Of a DNA stretch of 64,000 nt, positions 54,557 to 63,277 are shown piece by piece. The notes under the pieces were generated by a model, which ran no database searches, was not told the DNA's origin, and saw only the letters and a list, made by a program, of their open reading frames with translations. The position numbers and the translations under genes were made by a program. Position 1 is the stretch's first letter. Each line of letters opens with the position of its first letter. The stretch is taken from the NCBI GenBank assembly GCA_963719505.1, contig CAVRCF010000001.1, positions 224,001 through 288,000 of the forward strand. Reading direction: 5' to 3'. This DNA comes from Halobacteriovoraceae bacterium (GTDB lineage Bacteria > Bdellovibrionota > Bacteriovoracia > Bacteriovoracales > Bacteriovoracaceae).

Positions 54557-55409
54557 ATTGAGACAGTCTTGCCGGCAACCACATTAAAGGATCATTAAGG
54601 ACTTCGTCCGAGACATATTTAGTCGGCATTTCCAATCTAATCACTCTTCTTTTTTTCACTCCAAACCTCTGGAAGGCATCAGCAAAGTTTTTCCAAAAAA
54701 GTTCATAGTATTTTGTCTCACTTTGTAGAGTTTTTAACCCTTCTGTTAGTCTTTTTGCAAGTAGTGGATTATTTTTGGTGACATAAATGTAGCTTGGCAA
54801 ATCGTAGCGAAGGAGCAGGTTTTCCTCTACCACTAGGTCAAAGGCTCTAGAGGAACCTGTTTCATTGAGAACCTCATTCAAGCTCCTTGAGAAACACACC
54901 TTTTTATTTATAACAGCTAAATTCACTACGCCATCATAGCTTTCAGCCTCTAGCACATCCAAATTATTATGAACCATAACCTCTTTATCAGACCATGACT
55001 TACCAACCGCAAATTTAATACCAAACTTTTTAAAATCAGAGAGCTTTCTGATGGCTGCAAAAAGCAGCTGATCTTCTGCATGGATAAGGCAGACTCTAAG
55101 GCCTAAAATTCCGCGAGAAATTGGAATTGGAATTTCTATAAGTTCTTGTCTTCTTTCATTTGTTGGGGCAAAGGTGGCGAGCTGAATTTCATCCCCTACA
55201 ATCAGTCTTTTGTAGGCCTCTTCGTGCGAGAAACTAGAGGAAGGCACTAGCTCAGCTTTGCCATATTTTTTTTCCGTAAGCTTCAGGGATTCTACTAGCA
55301 CTTTTAAGTAGAAAGGATTATCTTTTATTCGCTCCCAAACGACGATTTTCTTCACCTCAGCGTGACTAACTGGTAGTAAAAGTATAAGAATATAAATAAA
55401 TCTTAACAT
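54555..55409 (-). CDS. Periplasmic substrate-binding-like protein
   Basis: Signal peptide; IPIPISRGILGLRV, GKSWSD, FSRSLNEV, LAKRLTEGL. Confidence 0.75.
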   Translation of the reverse strand: MLRFIYILILLLPVSHAEVKKIVVWERIKDNPFYLKVLVESLKLTEKKYGKAELVPSSSFSHEEAYKRLIVGDEIQLATFAPTNERRQELIEIPIPISRGILGLRVCLIHAEDQLLFAAIRKLSDFKKFGIKFAVGKSWSDKEVMVHNNLDVLEAESYDGVVNLAVINKKVCFSRSLNEVLNETGSSRAFDLVVEENLLLRYDLPSYIYVTKNNPLLAKRLTEGLKTLQSETKYYELFWKNFADAFQRFGVKKRRVIRLEMPTKYVSDEVLNDPLMWLPARLSQ

Positions 55410-55452
55410 TTTTTAATCCCCAAGATTGATTAAGAAAGGATAGACTAAATAG

Positions 55453-56601
55453 ATGTCTTACACAACAATAGCGACTTCCATTATTGCACTACTGGTTATG
55501 ACTCTTGTCGTTAAAAACATAATGCTTTTTAGCCTTAATAACCAAAGCAAGACTCAGAAACTTCTTGTTCTTCTTTCGGATTTCTCAGCATTTATAACGG
55601 CTCTCTATTTTTATCTCCTCATTTCAAAAAGGATTTTTAGTGCACCTTTTATGCTTTATTTTGGTGGATTCTCTTTTGTTCTCTACAGCCTGTTTCCTTT
55701 TCTTTATCTGCTTTATACCACTAAACCAGCCAAGAAAAAACTCTATACACTTCTAGGGACAGCTGTCTTTGTTGTCACTGCTATTGCAAATCTTTTTCTT
55801 AACGAGTTTGATTTTATCAAACGTATCGACTTGGTGTATTTAAGTATTCCATCTATTAAGTCGGTGACATTGCTATTTTTACAAGTCGCTTTTACAGCTT
55901 TAGTCTCACTTCTAGGCCTTAAAATCATTGAAGAAACGCAGCTAAAAGCCAAACAAATTTTTTCTTCCACTCAAAAGTTCCAGTTTTCGTGGTTATGCAT
56001 TCATTTTAGAGCACTTATTGGGTTCTCAGTCGTTACAACTCTTGCTTTCACAGTTGGAAGTGAATACTTATTTACAAGTGAGTATTCAAAGCAGTTAACG
56101 CTCATAGGCTTTATTTATCTCGTTGTTCTTATCACTACGATCGACTGCATCAAGCAGGCTCCCATCACTGATGAAGACATTGAAGTGTTTAGTGATTTCG
56201 AAGGGGAGTTTCTGGAACCTCAGACTATCCCAAAACAATTGGATGATCTGGATCAATGCGAAGAGATTGTTGATTCAGTTATCGCAAAGGTCAAGGAAGA
56301 CAATTTATACTTAGATTCAGATTTAAAGCTCAGTTCGCTTTCCTCAAAGTGTGGAATTCCAAGTTATCAAATCTCCAGGTCAATAAATTTTGTTTTAAAC
56401 AAGAATTTTAATGAATTTATCAACGATTTTCGAATTATTGAGGCGAAAAAGAAACTCACTTCTGAGGAATTTGAAAATGTCACTATCTTGGCCATAGCAC
56501 TAGAATCGGGGTTTAATTCCAAATCAAGTTTTAACGCGCAGTTTAAAAAGAGAGAAAACACTACTCCCAATGAGTATAGAAGTACTTATTCATCAAAATA
56601 G
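55453..56601 (+). CDS. Membrane-anchored AraC-family transcriptional regulator
   Basis: About 7 TM helices, then YLDSDLKL...NFNEFINDFRI...IALESGFNSKSSFN...TPNEYR. Confidence 0.93.
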   Translation: MSYTTIATSIIALLVMTLVVKNIMLFSLNNQSKTQKLLVLLSDFSAFITALYFYLLISKRIFSAPFMLYFGGFSFVLYSLFPFLYLLYTTKPAKKKLYTLLGTAVFVVTAIANLFLNEFDFIKRIDLVYLSIPSIKSVTLLFLQVAFTALVSLLGLKIIEETQLKAKQIFSSTQKFQFSWLCIHFRALIGFSVVTTLAFTVGSEYLFTSEYSKQLTLIGFIYLVVLITTIDCIKQAPITDEDIEVFSDFEGEFLEPQTIPKQLDDLDQCEEIVDSVIAKVKEDNLYLDSDLKLSSLSSKCGIPSYQISRSINFVLNKNFNEFINDFRIIEAKKKLTSEEFENVTILAIALESGFNSKSSFNAQFKKRENTTPNEYRSTYSSK

Positions 56602-56690
56602 GTCATCTTTTCTAATTAAGGTCGTCTTAATTTATTAAATAAAGTCTCATATTCTTTCAGAATAACAGATGATTAACCCAGGAAAATAAC

Positions 56691-57092
56691 TTGGAGTTAA
56701 AAACTGTGAAAATGATAAGGTCAAAAAGTATTAAATTTTTATTAAGTCAGGCACTAAAGCCTGTCTTAGAAAATGATAATTCTAAGCCAAACACTGTTTT
56801 TCAACATCCAATCAATAGTTTGCTAAACCAGATCTCAATAAAAGTTGATGAGACACAAAAGTTAAATGCTAAATCATACCAGTTAACCGCTCTAAATGCT
56901 CAAGTTAAAGTTCATTCTCATTACAGTCTCAATAAACTAGTCCCTGTTAAATGTTCACGTTCTAAATACAGCTCCCGTTCAAGTTCATGCAGATTTTCAA
57001 GTTCAAGTTCAAATTTTAACAAAAGGCTGGGTGTATTTACCCAGCCCATTTGTTCAAATTTAAAAAGGAGTTCAAAGTGGAAAGACATCTAA
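56691..57092 (+). CDS. Doubtful low-complexity ORF
   Basis: 133-aa open frame with AGGA upstream; its Ser-rich tail arises from GTTCAA repeats. Confidence 0.3.
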   Translation: MELKTVKMIRSKSIKFLLSQALKPVLENDNSKPNTVFQHPINSLLNQISIKVDETQKLNAKSYQLTALNAQVKVHSHYSLNKLVPVKCSRSKYSSRSSSCRFSSSSSNFNKRLGVFTQPICSNLKRSSKWKDI

Positions 57093-57709
57093 AAAAATCA
57101 CTCAACCGGTCAACCATTGTTCTCAGTTTATTAGCTGTGGTGGCATCCGTTTATATTATTAAATTAAATCTTAATTTTGAAAAAGCTCACTTTACTAATG
57201 ATCTGGCCAGACTTGTAAACTTAGATTTTGCACAGATCGAAAGTAAAAATGCACAGGCAGATCAACAATTTTCCCAAGCCATCGATAAATACAATCTTAT
57301 AGCAGGAGATCGTTTTAGCATTAGTTCCACAGAAATATTTGACTCAAATGAATCTGGGGATTTCGTGTTTGCCTCAGTTGGAGACAGACAGGTGAGATTT
57401 AAAGTTCAAGTTCTCAACTCTTACTTCGTTGAGCGAGTTATCGGAATGGGACTATTAGCCTTCTTAACATTCTCCCTCATGATATACCTCGTGAGACTTG
57501 TATTTGTTAAACTCGTCCTGCAAGATATTTTGTTATCGAACAAGCTTCTCAATGAAATTCTTGATGTTTCTTATGCGCAAAATCTCACCCAAGAGGAGTT
57601 TATTAAAAAGGCGCAAGCGATAAAAAATCAACATATTGTTCCGAATCAGCTTTGTACCATTCATAGAGTGTTAAGAAGAATTGTTAGACTACCAACTTCA
57701 AGAACCTGA
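57077..57709 (+). CDS. Two-TM membrane protein (sensor-like ectodomain, no output domain)
   Basis: AAGGAG RBS before GTG 57077; TM - periplasmic segment - TM - short cytoplasmic tail. Confidence 0.7.
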   Translation: MERHLKKSLNRSTIVLSLLAVVASVYIIKLNLNFEKAHFTNDLARLVNLDFAQIESKNAQADQQFSQAIDKYNLIAGDRFSISSTEIFDSNESGDFVFASVGDRQVRFKVQVLNSYFVERVIGMGLLAFLTFSLMIYLVRLVFVKLVLQDILLSNKLLNEILDVSYAQNLTQEEFIKKAQAIKNQHIVPNQLCTIHRVLRRIVRLPTSRT

Positions 57710-59269
57710 AAGTCCATAATTTGGAAGAACTCTTGCCGAAGGGTCTAAGACATCGCAATTTTCCCATTCTTTATTAGGCATCCAAAATGAAAGAATCAAT
57801 TTTCCAAGTCCTGGATAAAACTTCTCAAAGAGCTCTCTGTACATAAGTGACTCCTTGGTAAAAGGCTTACCATGAGTGAATTGAGAACAACTAAAATGGT
57901 ACTCTTCCCCTTGGTACTTTTCTTCGGCAAAGTCTTTTATACAGTCAACAAGAGAGTGTCCTACGGCATCAGAAAAAGCTGCTTTTTCACGGTATAAGAT
58001 TGACTGTGGAAGGTAATCCCCTTCAAAAGCTTTTCGCAAAAGATACTTCCCAACTTTATAGGAGTTCATTTTTAAAGCGGGATCAATTGCCATGACATAA
58101 TCAACAAACTCACGGTCCGAAAATGGAACTCTGGCTTCCAAAGAATGAGAACTTATACAGCGATCTGCTCTTAAAACATCGTAGATATAAAGTTCTTTAA
58201 TTCTTTTTGAGGCTTCCTTTTGAAACTCTGCTGGGTTTGGAGCATAGTCAGTGTATTTATAACCGAAAAGTTCATCTGATACCTCTCCTGTCATCAATAC
58301 TTTTATCTCTGTTTTTTCCTTAATATGTTTACAAACGAGGCTCATTCCTAGGCTGGCCCTAATTGTTGTAATATCCCAGGTCTCTAAGGATTCAACGACA
58401 TCTTCAAGGGCTTCAAGAACATCAGACCTATCAATGATAACCTCAGTGTGGTCTGAGCCAATGAACTCTGCAACTTCTTTTGCATATTTTAAATCAATTG
58501 CATCTTCACTCATTCCGATGGCAAAAGTTTTAATAGGCACATCAGACATTTTTTGAGCAATAGAACACACGAGACTTGAATCAAGACCTCCACTTAGTAA
58601 AAAGCCTATTTGGGCGTCAGCTTGCATCCTTTTTCTAACAGCACTTTCTAGTTTTATTCGTATATTTTTTGTCACCTCAGTCAGTGACTCTTTTGAGAAA
58701 CTTGGCACCTCGGAGTGGTCATGAAATTTTTTAAAACTTCCATCGTAATAGAAACCAGGGGGAAATGCTGTAATCTCATTGCAAACACCTGCTAGAGCTT
58801 TTACCTCAGATGCAAAGCAAATCTTCCCATCACTCTTAGAGAATCCGTAAAACAGAGGTCTTATTCCCATTGGATCTCTTGCTGCAAAGACTCTTTGTGC
58901 TTGAGAGTCGTAAATAACCAGGGCGTATTCCCCATCTATTTCACCAACAATTTTTTCTATTCCCCCTTTTTGAAAAAGAGGAATAAGAACTTCACAGTCA
59001 CTTTGGGACTTAAATGAATATTCTTCGTAAGCTTTATGAATGTCTAAATGGTTATAGATTTCGCCATTGCACATGTAGTATGTTTTATGGTCCACAAAAG
59101 GTTGGTCACCGGCACTTGAAAAATCGTTTATCGCCAATCTTGTAAAGCCCATAAACTTTTCAGCGACGATCATCTCTTTTTGCGAATCAGGCCCACGGTG
59201 ATAAAGCTTACTCAAAGCTTTTTTCCCCTCTAGCGCTGAACTCCCTGATAAAAATAAAATACCACACAT
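57698..59269 (-). CDS. asnB: Asparagine synthetase B (glutamine-hydrolysing)
   Basis: MCGI start, HRGPD, NGEIYN, RDPMGIRPLFY, LSGGLDSS, LEARVPF. Confidence 0.96.
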   Translation of the reverse strand: MCGILFLSGSSALEGKKALSKLYHRGPDSQKEMIVAEKFMGFTRLAINDFSSAGDQPFVDHKTYYMCNGEIYNHLDIHKAYEEYSFKSQSDCEVLIPLFQKGGIEKIVGEIDGEYALVIYDSQAQRVFAARDPMGIRPLFYGFSKSDGKICFASEVKALAGVCNEITAFPPGFYYDGSFKKFHDHSEVPSFSKESLTEVTKNIRIKLESAVRKRMQADAQIGFLLSGGLDSSLVCSIAQKMSDVPIKTFAIGMSEDAIDLKYAKEVAEFIGSDHTEVIIDRSDVLEALEDVVESLETWDITTIRASLGMSLVCKHIKEKTEIKVLMTGEVSDELFGYKYTDYAPNPAEFQKEASKRIKELYIYDVLRADRCISSHSLEARVPFSDREFVDYVMAIDPALKMNSYKVGKYLLRKAFEGDYLPQSILYREKAAFSDAVGHSLVDCIKDFAEEKYQGEEYHFSCSQFTHGKPFTKESLMYRELFEKFYPGLGKLILSFWMPNKEWENCDVLDPSARVLPNYGLSGS

Positions 59270-59402
59270 ATCCAATCCTCCTTACTATATTATCGGTCAT
59301 CTGCGACTTCTACTCAACAATCAATAGTAATTTGGTTAATTTTCAGGAATATGGTACTTAATTATCACTTTCAGTGATAATATAACAAAAGGGGTTTCAA
59401 AA

Positions 59403-59882
59403 ATGAACAATAAATATGAAATTGATAATCTTGATAGGCAAATCTTGACCATATTACTTAACGAAGCAAGGACTCCCTTCATCGAAATTGCGAGAAGCCT
59501 CAGTGTATCTGGAGGTACAGTCCACCAAAGAATGGATAGGATGAAAGCTTCGGGACTCGTCAAGGGAAGTAGCTTGAGCCTCGACCTAAGTGTCTTGGGT
59601 TTTGATGTAACAGTTTTTCTTGGTATCCATTTAATTTCCAGTAAAGACACTAATAGAGTTATTAAAAGTCTTGAGCTTCTTGATGAAGTAGTAGAAGCCT
59701 ACTACACGACAGGAAATTATGCTTTGCTAGTCAAAGTGCACACCAAAAGCATTAAAGACTTTCATCACTTTCTTATCAATAAGCTTCAAGCTATCGATGA
59801 AATTCAAGCAACAGAGTCCTTCATAAGTTTAAGTCAGCCAATAAGTCGATCTATAAGTGTTAGTGAGCTTCAAGGTTATTGA
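59403..59882 (+). CDS. asnC: Lrp/AsnC-family regulator, divergent from asnB
   Basis: IDNLDRQIL...ARTPFIEIA...SGGTVHQR, EAYYTTGNY, TESFISL. Confidence 0.9.
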   Translation: MNNKYEIDNLDRQILTILLNEARTPFIEIARSLSVSGGTVHQRMDRMKASGLVKGSSLSLDLSVLGFDVTVFLGIHLISSKDTNRVIKSLELLDEVVEAYYTTGNYALLVKVHTKSIKDFHHFLINKLQAIDEIQATESFISLSQPISRSISVSELQGY

Positions 59883-60567
59883 TAAAAGCGTTGTGAAATT
59901 TCTCTATTAAATCCTCAGAGGTCTTACTTAGAACTTGATCAACACTTGTGTACACCTCTGGCGCCATTCCACAAGGGCTCGTCTTATTGACTTCATCAAA
60001 CATTTCTTTATCATGCAAAATGTTTAAAGCAAGCCCGTGTTCAGTGACAAAGCGAGAAGCGCCAATCCCAATTGAGGCAAGCTTCTGCTTATTTCTCCAC
60101 ACTCCCATAAGCTTAGTGGCGGTAATAACATGATCTATTTCAAGGTCTTCACTCAAGGTTCGTTGAACCTTTTTTAATAACCAGCAGGTGAGATCATTGA
60201 GTGACAGTGATTCTTTTAAGGCAACAATCGGATAAAAAATCCACTGACCTGGGTAATGAAAGGTCAAACCTCCACCGCGGTGGATATGAAAAAGAGGAAA
60301 CTTTAAATTTTGCGCCTGTTCCTTTTCAAAAGGAACTAAAGAGTCATCACCTCTTTCATTTCCACGCCCCATTGTGAAACAGTGTGGATGATTAGTGAAA
60401 ATATAAACTTTAAGTTTTCTATTATTTTGAATAAATTTCTGGGCCCGTTTTTGAAATTCAAGGCACTGGGAATACTGCCAATTCCATTTGGTTAATTTTA
60501 AGACGTTTTGGTCCCAATCGACAGTACAGTCTAGAGGTAACTCTAGCTCAGAAAAAGGATTAGTCAT
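59860..60567 (-). CDS. lipB: Lipoyl(octanoyl) transferase
   Basis: HPHCFTMGR, RGGGLTFHYPGQ, KLASIG, HGLALN, PCG. Confidence 0.95.
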   Translation of the reverse strand: MTNPFSELELPLDCTVDWDQNVLKLTKWNWQYSQCLEFQKRAQKFIQNNRKLKVYIFTNHPHCFTMGRGNERGDDSLVPFEKEQAQNLKFPLFHIHRGGGLTFHYPGQWIFYPIVALKESLSLNDLTCWLLKKVQRTLSEDLEIDHVITATKLMGVWRNKQKLASIGIGASRFVTEHGLALNILHDKEMFDEVNKTSPCGMAPEVYTSVDQVLSKTSEDLIEKFHNAFINNLEAH

Positions 60568-61471
60568 TTTTAGACTCTAGGTATTTGAAGTAGTCAGCCG
60601 CTTTGTATGAGCTTCTTACCATTGGGCCACTGGCCACAAATTCAAAACCAATATCGTAAGCCAATTTTTTTAAATGATCGTACTCATCTAGCTCATAATA
60701 TTTCTGAACTTCTAAATGGGCCAAAGTTGGTCTGAGATATTGACCAAAAGTGATAACACTTACACCGGCAGCCTTTAAGTCCATCATAGTTTCTACCAGC
60801 TCCTCTTTTGTCTCACCAAGACCGACCATAATAGAGCTTTTAGTTGCAATAGAAGGATAGTTCTCTTTATAAAACTTTAAGGCATTTAAGGTTTTTTCAT
60901 AACCGGCTCTTCTATCTCTCACTGGATGAGTTAATCTTTTTACAGTTTCAATATTTTGGGCAATGACAAAAGGATTACTTTTAGCAAGGGTATGCATGTG
61001 TTCTGGAACAACTGCAAAGTCTGGAATTAAGACTTCAACCTTAACATTTGGATGATCCTGATTCACTTGCTTTACAACCTGTGCAAACTGACCAGCTCCA
61101 AAGTCAGGCAAATCATCGCGGTCGACACTTGTGATAACAATATAATCAAGACTCATTAGTTTAACCATCTCAGATGCTTTCTTGGGCTCATCAGGATCTA
61201 ATAAACCTTTTGGATTTCCAGTCTTAACATTACAGAATTTACAAGCACGCGTGCAAGTATCACCAAGGATCATCATAGTGGCAGTTTTGTCAGCCCAACA
61301 TTCAGAGAGGTTAGGACACTTTGCCTCCTCGCATACTGTAAACAAGCCTTTTTCACGAAGACTTCTTTTGACTTGGACGTAATTGTCGCCCTTGGGAATC
61401 TTGCTTTTTAAAAAGCTTGGTTTTCCACTAAGATTTTTCTTACCATATTTATTAAAGACAGTTTTTTCCAT
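60560..61471 (-). CDS. lipA: Lipoyl synthase
   Basis: CEEAKCPNLSEC, CTRACKFC radical-SAM motif, GQYLRP, VRSSY. Confidence 0.98.
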   Translation of the reverse strand: MEKTVFNKYGKKNLSGKPSFLKSKIPKGDNYVQVKRSLREKGLFTVCEEAKCPNLSECWADKTATMMILGDTCTRACKFCNVKTGNPKGLLDPDEPKKASEMVKLMSLDYIVITSVDRDDLPDFGAGQFAQVVKQVNQDHPNVKVEVLIPDFAVVPEHMHTLAKSNPFVIAQNIETVKRLTHPVRDRRAGYEKTLNALKFYKENYPSIATKSSIMVGLGETKEELVETMMDLKAAGVSVITFGQYLRPTLAHLEVQKYYELDEYDHLKKLAYDIGFEFVASGPMVRSSYKAADYFKYLESKND

Positions 61472-61516
61472 ACTCTTTGTTTAACATCTTTTGCTGAATC
61501 GTGCCAGTGGTAAGGT

Positions 61517-61846
61517 TTATGCGACGTTTAGATCTAAGAGATTTGACACTTTTACATCTAACTGAAGAGTTTCATCGTAAGCGGTGACGATAGAGACAGA
61601 CTCAAGAGTCCCAAGGCCAACTTCGGGCTCTAAGACTTCTAAAAGGTGCTTTGGAAAGAATACCTCTCCACTTGTATTGCTTGTCAAACAGGACCAATTA
61701 CTAGGAATTTCAAAATGAAGACCATTGAGGGTTATCTCGTAAGCCATTGATTTCTGGTTATATGTGGCAATAAACTTACCAGATGCCTCGAGGGTTTCCT
61801 CGACCATCATTTCTATTAAATTTGAATCTAGAACTTTATCATCCAT
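61517..61846 (-). CDS. Hypothetical protein
   Basis: 109-aa acidic ORF preceded by a sigma28-like element. Confidence 0.65.
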   Translation of the reverse strand: MDDKVLDSNLIEMMVEETLEASGKFIATYNQKSMAYEITLNGLHFEIPSNWSCLTSNTSGEVFFPKHLLEVLEPEVGLGTLESVSIVTAYDETLQLDVKVSNLLDLNVA

Positions 61847-61853
61847 ACTAGAC

Positions 61854-61882
61854 GTATCGGATATATAGTTAAAAAAACTTAA
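61854..61882 (-). promoter_or_regulatory. Putative sigma28 promoter
   Basis: TTAAG-N16-TCCGATAC (spacer contains a T7 run). Confidence 0.4.
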
Positions 61883-61891
61883 TAATAATTT

Positions 61892-62335
61892 TTACTCTTC
61901 AATCAAGGGGTTAATCGGCTCTGTCGAATCGTGAAAAGTCTTTATATTCTTAACATCTGAGAGCTTCCAAGACTCACCCTCTTTTATGACTTCAGCGATC
62001 TTTTTGACTTCAGTCTCAAACGCTTTCTTTCCGCCTGACTCAGTTTTGTATTTTATAATATAAGTCACTATGCACTTATCGCCTTCGCAGTTTTTTGTCT
62101 GAATATCGACATCAACATCACTTATTGGCCCAAGACCCGATCCGTCTAGCTCTTCTTCAGAAAGATCAACTGAGGCAGCTAAAAGTGTGCCAGTGGTATA
62201 TTCAGCATAGTAGTCTTTATCTGCTTTGCCAGCGACACTATCCTTTACGAACTTTTCAATAAGACCCTCGGGTGTAGAAGCCCCATTATTACAACCAACA
62301 GCTACCAATATCAAACATAACAATAAAAATTTCAT
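61892..62335 (-). CDS. Lipoprotein, probably NTF2-like fold
   Basis: Lipobox AVGC; TPEGLIEKF helix then beta strands ending KEGESWKL. Confidence 0.7.
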   Translation of the reverse strand: MKFLLLCLILVAVGCNNGASTPEGLIEKFVKDSVAGKADKDYYAEYTTGTLLAASVDLSEEELDGSGLGPISDVDVDIQTKNCEGDKCIVTYIIKYKTESGGKKAFETEVKKIAEVIKEGESWKLSDVKNIKTFHDSTEPINPLIEE

Positions 62336-63051
62336 TTCAAATACTCCACTTGAAAACCTTGGTCCGAGATAATTTTAATAAACTCACCCCAATTTAAAAT
62401 AGTATCACTTCCATTTCTCATAAATTTTAACCCTATTCCGCCATTAATGCCTTTGGAGGCAATCTTTGCATCTTGGAAAAATTCACAGCCATCAAAATCT
62501 ATGCGAACAGTGTCAACATTTCCCTCCAGGACTTCTGAGGTATAAATAAAGCAACTGACTTCATCCCAGTTGGTCAAATACCCCTCCCCTTTTACCTCAC
62601 CCTCGAACAAAACTGAGGCTCGAATTTTATAAAGCATGGGATCAAAAAGCTCATGTTCGGTATACTTTGGATTGAGGTAAGCGCGCATTAGTTCAGTATA
62701 AAGCTCAAGTAAAAAATAATAAGAAAAAAGAATATAAAAGAAAAACATCAGAAGGATCAATTTGTCGAAGTTAAGATACAGATCTGTGACAAAGCTGCCC
62801 CCGACAAAAATGAGAAGAGCAGCTGCTAAAGCAAAGCTAAACTTCCTCAAACTATAGAGACTTAAAATAGAAACGGCAAAAAGACCCAAAAGAAACCTAT
62901 TTCCACTGAGAAAGCTTTTAAAAAAGGACATGTCCAAAGCCGTCTTTTCTAAAGAAAGAGCTTTTTCAGCATAGAGAAAGAAAAAGGCCAGTACCGTAAA
63001 GCCTATAATATTCCATACGACGGAACTTCTGTAGATTATTTTCAGTTTCAT
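62332..63051 (-). CDS. 4-TM membrane protein with C-terminal PilZ-like barrel
   Basis: GYLTNWDEVSCFI...GIGLKF follows PilZ strand pattern. Confidence 0.55.
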   Translation of the reverse strand: MKLKIIYRSSVVWNIIGFTVLAFFFLYAEKALSLEKTALDMSFFKSFLSGNRFLLGLFAVSILSLYSLRKFSFALAAALLIFVGGSFVTDLYLNFDKLILLMFFFYILFSYYFLLELYTELMRAYLNPKYTEHELFDPMLYKIRASVLFEGEVKGEGYLTNWDEVSCFIYTSEVLEGNVDTVRIDFDGCEFFQDAKIASKGINGGIGLKFMRNGSDTILNWGEFIKIISDQGFQVEYLK

Positions 63052-63088
63052 TGTATACTAGTTTAACACCATCTTCAGGGAAGTAAAT

Positions 63089-63277
63089 ATGACAGAGACT
63101 TTTCAAATATCAAAGACGTGTATCAGCTGTGACTCTTGTCGTTTGATCTGTCCCGAAAACTCCATCATCACAAACGGTAGAGAATATGCCATTGATTCTT
63201 GGAGTTGTACTCTTTGTGGAATTTGCACGGAGGTTTGTCCAGTCGACTGCATTAAGTTAATCGAAGCTGGGGACTAG
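63089..63277 (+). CDS. 2x[4Fe-4S] ferredoxin
   Basis: CISCDSCRLICP and CTLCGICTEVCP. Confidence 0.92.
   Translation: MTETFQISKTCISCDSCRLICPENSIITNGREYAIDSWSCTLCGICTEVCPVDCIKLIEAGD

Noticed and set aside
56890-57080. CRISPR array in the repeat-rich intergenic region
   Set aside because: Repeats are 6-mers without regular spacers, and no cas genes are present.
59288-59317. Sigma28 promoter before asnB (ACCGATAA)
   Set aside because: No TAAA-like -35 at the right distance; better read as sigma70-type TTGAGT-N17-GATAAT.
61492-61506. Sigma54 promoter for lipA (TGGCACGATTCAGCA on minus strand)
   Set aside because: GG-to-GC spacing is 9 rather than the required 10.
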